Positions 57,070-64,000 of a stretch of DNA of 64,000 nt are shown piece by piece. Position numbers and translations under genes: made by a program. Within the stretch, counting starts at the first letter, position 1; the number at the start of each line of letters is the position of its first letter. A model generated the notes under the pieces. The model did not search any database and was not told the origin of the DNA. It was given only the letters and a program-made list of their open reading frames with translations. This DNA comes from Mobula hypostoma (Eukaryota), in contig NC_086106.1 of assembly GCF_963921235.1 (NCBI RefSeq), forward strand, positions 16,678,001 through 16,742,000, written 5' to 3'.

Positions 57070-59398
57070 ATACAGAGTTACTGTTTATTCAGGGTGAGAG
57101 TCTCTCACTGTGTGACTGTACAGAGTCACTGTTTATTCACGGTGAGGGTCACTCACTGTAACTGTACAGAGTCATTGTTTATTCAGCGTGAGGGTCACTC
57201 ACTGTGTGACTGTACAGAGTCACTGTTTATTCAGGGTGAGGGTCACTCACTGTGTAACTGTACAGAGTCACTGTTTATTCAGGGTGAGGGTCACTCACTG
57301 TAACTGTACAGAGTCACTTTATTCAGCGTGAGGGTCACTCACTGTGTGACTGTACAGAGTCACTGTTTATTCAGGGTGAGGGTCACTCACTGTGTAACTG
57401 TACAGAGTCACTGTTTATTCAGGGTGAGGGTCACTCACTGTGTGACTGTACAGAGTCCCTGTTTATTCAGGGTGAGGGTCACTCACTGTGTGACTGTACA
57501 GAGTCACTGTTTATTCAGGGTGAAGGTCACTCACTTTGTAACTGTACAGAGTCACTGTTTATTCAGGGTGAAGGTCACTCACTGTGTAACTGTACAGATT
57601 CACTGTTTATTGACTGTGAGGGTCACTGTAACTTTTCAGAGACACAGTTTAGTGCGAGTGTCACAAACATTGTACGGAGTATCTGTTTGTTCAGGGTGAA
57701 GGTCACTCACTGTGACTGTACAGAGTGACTGTTGTTTATACATGGGGAGTTCACTGTAACTGTACAGGGTGAAGGACACTATGTGTGTAACTGTAGAGAG
57801 TCACTGCTTGTTCAGGGTGAAGGTAACTAACTGTACGGTGTTACTGTTTATTCACGGTGAAGGCCTCTCACAGTGTAACTTTACAGAGTCACCGTTTATT
57901 CAGGGTGAGGGTCACTCACTGTGTGACTGTACAGGGTCACTGTTTATACACAGATGTCACTGTGTAACTGTACAGAGTCGCTGTTTACTCAGGGTGAAGG
58001 TCACTTGATGTGTAACTGTACAGAGTCACTGTTTATTCAGGGTGAGGGTCACTCACTGTGTGACTGTACAGGGTCACTGTTTATATTCAGGATGAGGGTT
58101 ACTCACTGTGTCCCTGTACAGATTCACTGTTTATTGACTGTGAGGGTCACTGTGTAACTTTTCAGAGACACTGTTTACCGTGAGTGTCATTCACATTGTA
58201 TGGAGTATCTGTTTGTTCAGGATGAGGGTCACTCACTGTGTGACTGTACAGAGACACAGGTATTTTTCAGAGTGACCGTCACTCACTGTGTAACTGTACT
58301 GAGTCACTGTTTATTCAAGGTGAGGGTCACTCACTGTGTCCCTGTACAGATTCACTGTTTATTAACTTTGACCGTCACTGTGTAACTTTTCAGAGAGACT
58401 GTTTAGCGCGAGTGTCACTCACATTGTATGGAGTATCTGTTTATTCAGGTTGAAGGTCACTCACTGTGTGACTGTACAGAGTGACTGTTTATTCAGGGTG
58501 AGGGTCATTCAGTTTGTAACTGTATAGAGTCACTGTTTACTCAGGGTGAGGGTCACTGTGTAACTGTACAGAGTCACTGTTTATTCAGGATGAGGGTCAC
58601 TCACTGTGTGACTGTACAGAGTGACTGTTGTTTATACATGGGGAGTTCACTGTGTAACTGTACAGGGTGAAGGTTACTATGTGTGTAACTGTAGAGAGTC
58701 ACTGCTTGTTCAGGGTGAAGGTAACTAACTGTACGGAGTTACTGTTTATTCACGGTGAAGGCCTCTCACAGTGTAACTTTACAGAGTCACCATTTATTCA
58801 GGGTGAGGGTCACTCACTGTGTAACTGTACAGAGTCACTGTTTATTCAGGGTGAGGGTCACTCATTGTGTGACTGTACAGAGTCACTGTTTATTCAGGGT
58901 GAGGGTCACTGTGTAACTGTACAGAGTCACTGTTTATTCAGGGTGAGGGTCATTGTGTAACTGTATGGAGTCACTGTTTATTCAGGGTGAGGGTCACTCA
59001 CTGTGTAACTGTACAGAGTCACTGTTTATTCAGGGTGAGGGTCACTCACTGTGTAACTGTACAGAGTCACTGTTTATTCAGGGTGAGGGTCACTCACTGT
59101 GTAACTGTACAGAGTCACTGTTTTTACATGGGGAGGTCACGGTATAACTGTATATAGTCACTGTTTAATCAGGGTGAATGATCACTTAATGTCATACCGT
59201 GGAGAGTCACTGTTCAGTGCGGTGGTCGTTTATTGTGTAACTCTACAGAGTCACTTTATTCAGGGTGAATATCACTGATTGTGGAACTGTAGAGAGTCAC
59301 TGTTTGTTCAGAGTGAAGGTAACTGTACAGGGTTACTGTTTATTGACTGTGATCATCTCTGTGTAACTCTTCAGAATCACTGTGTTAAGGTGAATGTC
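57070..59398. repeat. 48-bp degenerate minisatellite, ACIN1 intron 1
   Basis: Unit tgtacagagtcactgtttattcagggtgagggtcactcactgtgtaac; about 898-bp higher-order duplication. Confidence 0.95.
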
Positions 59399-62300
59399 AT
59401 AGAAAACATCGAAACTTACAGCACAGTACAGGCCCTTCAGCCCACAAAGCTGTGCTGAACATGTCCTTACCTTAGAAATTACCTATGGTTACCCATAGCC
59501 CTCTATTTTCCTAAGCTCCATGTACCTATCCAGGAGTCTCTTAAAAGACCCTATCGTATCTGCCTCCACCACCGTCACCGGCAGCCCATTCCACGCACTC
59601 ACCACTCTCTGCGTGAAAAAAACACTTCCCCCTGACATCTCCTTTGTACGTACTTCAAAGCACTCGCGTGCTAGCCATTTCAGCCCTGAGAAAAAGCCTC
59701 TGACTATCCATATGATCGATGCCTGTCATCATTTTATGCACCTCTATCAGGTCACCTCTCACCTCCATTGCTCCAAGGAGAAAAGGCCAAATTCACTCAA
59801 CCTGTTCTCATAAGGCATGCTTCCCAATCCAGGCAACATCCTTGTGAATCTCCTCTGCATCCTTTCTATATTTTCCACGTCCTTCCTGTAGTGAGGTGAC
59901 AGAACTGAGCACAGTACTCCAAGTGGGGTCTGACCAGGGTCCTATATAGCTGCAACATTACCTCTCGGCTCCTAAACTCAATCCCATGGTTGATGAAGGC
60001 CAATGCACCGTATGCCTTCTTAACCACAGAGTCAACCTGTGCAGCAGCTTTGAGTGTCCTATGGACTCAGACTCCAAGATCCCTCTGATCCTCCACACTG
60101 CCAAGAGCCTTACCATTAATACTATATTCTGCCATCATATTTGACCTACCAAAATGAATCACCTCACACTTATCTGGGTTGAACTCCATCTGCCACTTCT
60201 CAGCCCAGTTTTGCATCCTATCAATATCCCACTGTAACCTCTGACAGCCCTCTGCACTATCCACAACACCCCCAACCTTTGTGTCATCAGCAAACTTACT
60301 AACCCATCCCTCCACATCCTCATCCAGGTCATTTATAAAAATCACGAAGAATAGGGGATCCCAGAACAGATCCCTGAGGCACACCACTGGTCACCGACCT
60401 CCATGCAGAATATGACCTGTCTACAACCACTCTTTGCCTTCTGTGGGCAAGCCAGTTCTGGATCCACAAAGCAATGTCCCCTTGGATCCCATGCCTCCTT
60501 GCTTTCTCAGTAAGCCTTGCATGGGGTACCTTATCAAATGCCTTGCTGAAATCCATATACACTACATCTACGGCTCTACCTTCATCAATGTGTTTAGTCA
60601 CATCCTCAAGAAATTCAATCAGGCTTGTAAGGCATGACCTTTGACAAAGCCATGCTGACTATTCCTAATCATATTATGCCTTCTCAAATGTTCATAATCC
60701 TGCCTCTCAGGATCTTCTCCATCAACTTACCAACCACTGAAGTAAGACTCACTGGTCTATAATTTCCTGGTCTATCTCTACTCCCTTACTTGAATAAGGG
60801 AACAACATCCGCAACCCTCCAATCCTCTGGAACCTCTCCCGTCCCCATTGATGATGCAAAGATCATCGCCAGAGGCTCAGCAATCTCCTCCCTTGCCTCC
60901 CACAGTAGCCTGGGGTACATCTCGTTTGGTCCCAGTGACTTGTCCAACTTGATGCTTTCCAAAAGCTCCAGCACATCCTCTTCCTTAATATCTACATGTT
61001 CAAGCTTTTCAGTCTGCTGTAAGTCATCCCTACAATCGCCAAGATCTTTTCCTGTAGTGAATACTGAAGCAAAGTATTCATTAAGTGCCTCTGCTATTTC
61101 CACCGGTTCCATACACATTTTTCCATTGTCACACTTAGTTGGTCCTACTCTCTCACGTAGAAACCATAGAACCATAGAAACTACAGCACAGAAACAGGCC
61201 TTTTGGCCCTTCTTGGCTGTGCCGATCCATTTTCTGCCTAGTCCCACTGACCTGCACACGGACCATATCCCTCCATACACCTCCCATCCATGTATCTGTC
61301 CAATTTATTCTTAAATGTTAAAAAAGAACCCGCATTTACCACCTCGTCTGGCAGCTCATTCCATACTCCCACCACTCTCTGTGTGAAGAAGCCCCCCCCA
61401 ATGTTCCCTTTAAACTTTTCCCCCCTCACCCGTAACCCATGTCCTCTGGTTTTTTCTCCCCTTGCCTCAGTGGAAAAAGCCTGCTTGCATTCACTCTATC
61501 TATACCCATCATAATTTTATATACCTCTATCAAATCTCCCCTCATTCTTCGACGCTCCAGGGAATAAAATCCTAACCTATTCAACCTTTCTCTCTAACTG
61601 AGTTTCTCAAGTCCCAGCAACATCCTTGTAAACCTTCTCTGCACTCTTTCAACCTTATTTATATCCTTCCTGTAATTTGGTGACCAAAACTGAACACAAT
61701 ACTCCAGATTCGGCCTCACCGATGCCTTATACAACCTCATCATAACATTCCAGCTCTTATGCTCAATACTTCGATTAATAAAGGCCAATGTACCAAAAGC
61801 TCTCTTTACGAGCCTATCTACCTGTGACAACACTTTTAGGGAATTTTGTATCTGTATTCCCAGATCCCTCTGTTCCACTGCACTCCTCAGTGCCTTACTA
61901 TTAACTCTGTATGTTCTACGTTGGTTTGTCCTTCCAACGTGCAATACCTCACACTTGTCAGTATTAAACTCCATCTGCCATTTTTCAGCCCATTTTTCCA
62001 GATGGTCCAAGTCCCTCTGCAGGCTCTGAAAACCTTCCTCACTGTCTACTACACCTCCAATCTTTGTATCATCAGCATACTTGCTGATCCAATTTACCAC
62101 ATTATCATCCAGATCATTGATATAGATGACAAATAACAATGGACCCAGCACTGATCCCTGTGGCACACCACTAGTCACAGGCCTCCACTCCGAGAAGCAA
62201 TTCTCTACCACCACTCTCTGGCTTCTTCCATCGAGCCTTATCTTCTTATCGTCTTATCTTCTTGCTCTTCACAATTCTTGTAGAATGCTTTGGGGTTTTC

Positions 62301-63420
62301 CTTAATTCTGTCCACCAAGACCTTCTCATGGCCCCTTCTGGCTCTCCTAATTTCATTCTTAAACTCCTTCCTGCTAGCCTTATGATCTTCTAGATCTCTA
62401 TCATTACCTAGTTTTTTGAACCTTTCATAAGCTCTTCTTTTCTTCTTGACTAGATTTACAACAGCCTTTGTACGCCACGGTTCCTGTACCTTACCACCCT
62501 TTCCCTGTCATTGGAACGTACCTATGCAGAACTCCACGCAAATATCCCCTGAACATTTGCCACATTTCTTCCCGTATGTTTCCCTGAGAACATCTGTTCC
62601 TAATTTGTGCTACCAAGTTCCTGCCTGATAGCCTCATATTTCCCCTTACTCCAATTAAACGCTTTCCTAACTTGTCTGCTCCTATCCCTCTCCAATATTA
62701 TGGTAAAGGAGATAGAATTGTGATCACTGTCTCCAAAATGCTCTCCCACTGAGAGATCTGACACCTGAGCGGGTTCATTTCCCAATACCAGATCAAGTAC
62801 AGCCTATCCTCTTGTAGGCTTATCTACATACTGTGTCAAGAAACATTCCTGAACACACCTAACAAACTCCACCCCATCTAAACCCCTCACTCTAGGGAGA
62901 TGCCAATCGATAATTGGGAGATTAAAATCTCCCACCACAATAACCCTGTTATTTTTACACCTTTCCAGTATCTGTCTCCCTATCTGCTTCTCAATGTTCC
63001 TGTTACTTTTGGGTGGTCTGTTTAAAAAAAAAACACACAGTAGAGTTATTAACCCCTCCTGTTCCTAACTTCCACCCACAGAGACTCCGTAGACAATCCC
63101 TCCATGACTTCCTCCTTCCTTGCAGCCGTGACACCATCTCTGATCAACAGTACCACGCTCCCACCTCTTTTGCCTCCCTCCGTGTCCTTTCTGAAACATC
63201 TAAAGCCTGACACTCAAAGTAGCCATTCCGGTCCCTGAGCCATCCAAGTCTCTGTAATGGCCAGAGCTCCAAGTCCTGGTGCACACTCTCAGCTCATCCG
63301 CTTTGTTCATAATACTCCTTGCATTAAAATAAACACATTGCAAACCATCAGTCTGAGCGCGTCCCTTCTCTATCACCTGCCTATCCTCCCTCTCACACTG
63401 TCTCCAAGCTTTCTCTATTT
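59398..63420 (-). mobile_element. Long CR1 (HER1-like) LINE with endonuclease and RT remnants, interrupted by a second CR1
   Basis: HFGDSDHNSI (APE), KSLGPNEMYPRLL..PEDWRVADVVPLFK, DFSKAFDKVPH, GVPQGSVLG, KFADDTKVGG. Confidence 0.92.
61158..62235 (-). mobile_element. Nested 5'-truncated CR1 LINE
   Basis: ORF 61594-62214 (YADDTKIGG), ORF 61238-61429, tandem TAGAAACCA tail at the left end. Confidence 0.9.
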
Positions 63421-63424
63421 GTGA

Positions 63425-64000
63425 ACAGAGAAGGTGAATAGTGAATAGAGGGGGACACAGAATCAGGAGACGTAGAGTCAGTATGGATAGAACTGAGAAA
63501 CTCTAAGGGTAGAAAGGCCCTAATGGGAGTTATCTACAGGCCCCCAAATAGTAGTCTGGATGTAGCGTGTAAGTTGAATCAAGAGTTAAAATTGGCATGT
63601 CGCAAAGGTAATGCTACAGTTGTTATGGGGGATTTTAACATGCAGGTAGACTGGAGGAATCAGGTTGGTACTGAACCCCAAAAAAGGGAATTTGTGGAGT
63701 CCCTCCGAGATGGATTCTTAGAACAGCTTGTACTGGAGCCTACCAGAGAGAATGCAATTCTAGATTTAGTGTTGTGCAATGAACCGGATTTGATCAGGGA
63801 CCTCGAGGTAAAGGAGCCATTAGGAGGTAGTGACCATAATATGATAAGTTTTAATCTACAATTTGAGAGGGAGAAGAGAAACTCGGAAGTGTCAGTATTA
63901 CAGTTGAACAAAGGGAACTATGGTGCTATGAGGGAGGGGCTGGCCAAAGTTCAATGGAACAATACCCTAGCAGGGATGACAGTGGAACAGCAATGGCAAG
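63425..64000 (+). mobile_element. CR1 LINE ORF2 APE endonuclease region, frame open to the window edge
   Basis: VESVWIELRN...GVIYRPPN...VVMGDFN...LDLVLCN...LGGSDHNMI. Confidence 0.9.

Overview
Eukaryotic (vertebrate) genomic DNA. The repeat content (HER1/CR1-type LINEs, HE1/V-SINE-like SINEs, Penelope-like elements) suggests a cartilaginous fish, probably a ray; this is inference. Two assembly gaps: 5466-5610 and 8737-9062. Four genes were reconstructed by hand from reading frames and, where introns are present, GT-AG splice sites. All four are homologues of human 14q11.2 genes: TOX4 (+, 9 coding exons, 7490-20056, about 536 aa), CIROP/LMLN2 (+, 15 coding exons, 31021-51433, about 719 aa, intact M8 metalloprotease with HELFH), C14orf119 (-, single coding exon, 52014-52442) and coding exon 1 of ACIN1 (+, 56096-56233, SAP domain). 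ACIN1 and C14orf119 share a bidirectional CpG-island promoter. The rest is GC-rich minisatellites (52, 52, 68, 45/34 and 48 bp units) and transposon debris (Gypsy, Harbinger, Tc1, Tigger/pogo, CR1, Rex1, RTE, L1, Hero, Penelope-like, SINEs). Most notable non-coding signal: a candidate non-circularly permuted, pseudoknotted hammerhead ribozyme with an intact core in the 3' UTR of a Hero-type retrotransposon (3368-3486). Also notable: minimal Penelope-type hammerheads, an L1 with twin-priming inversion geometry, and phased CCAAT arrays. Most long ORFs in the ORF track are artefacts of tandem repeats.
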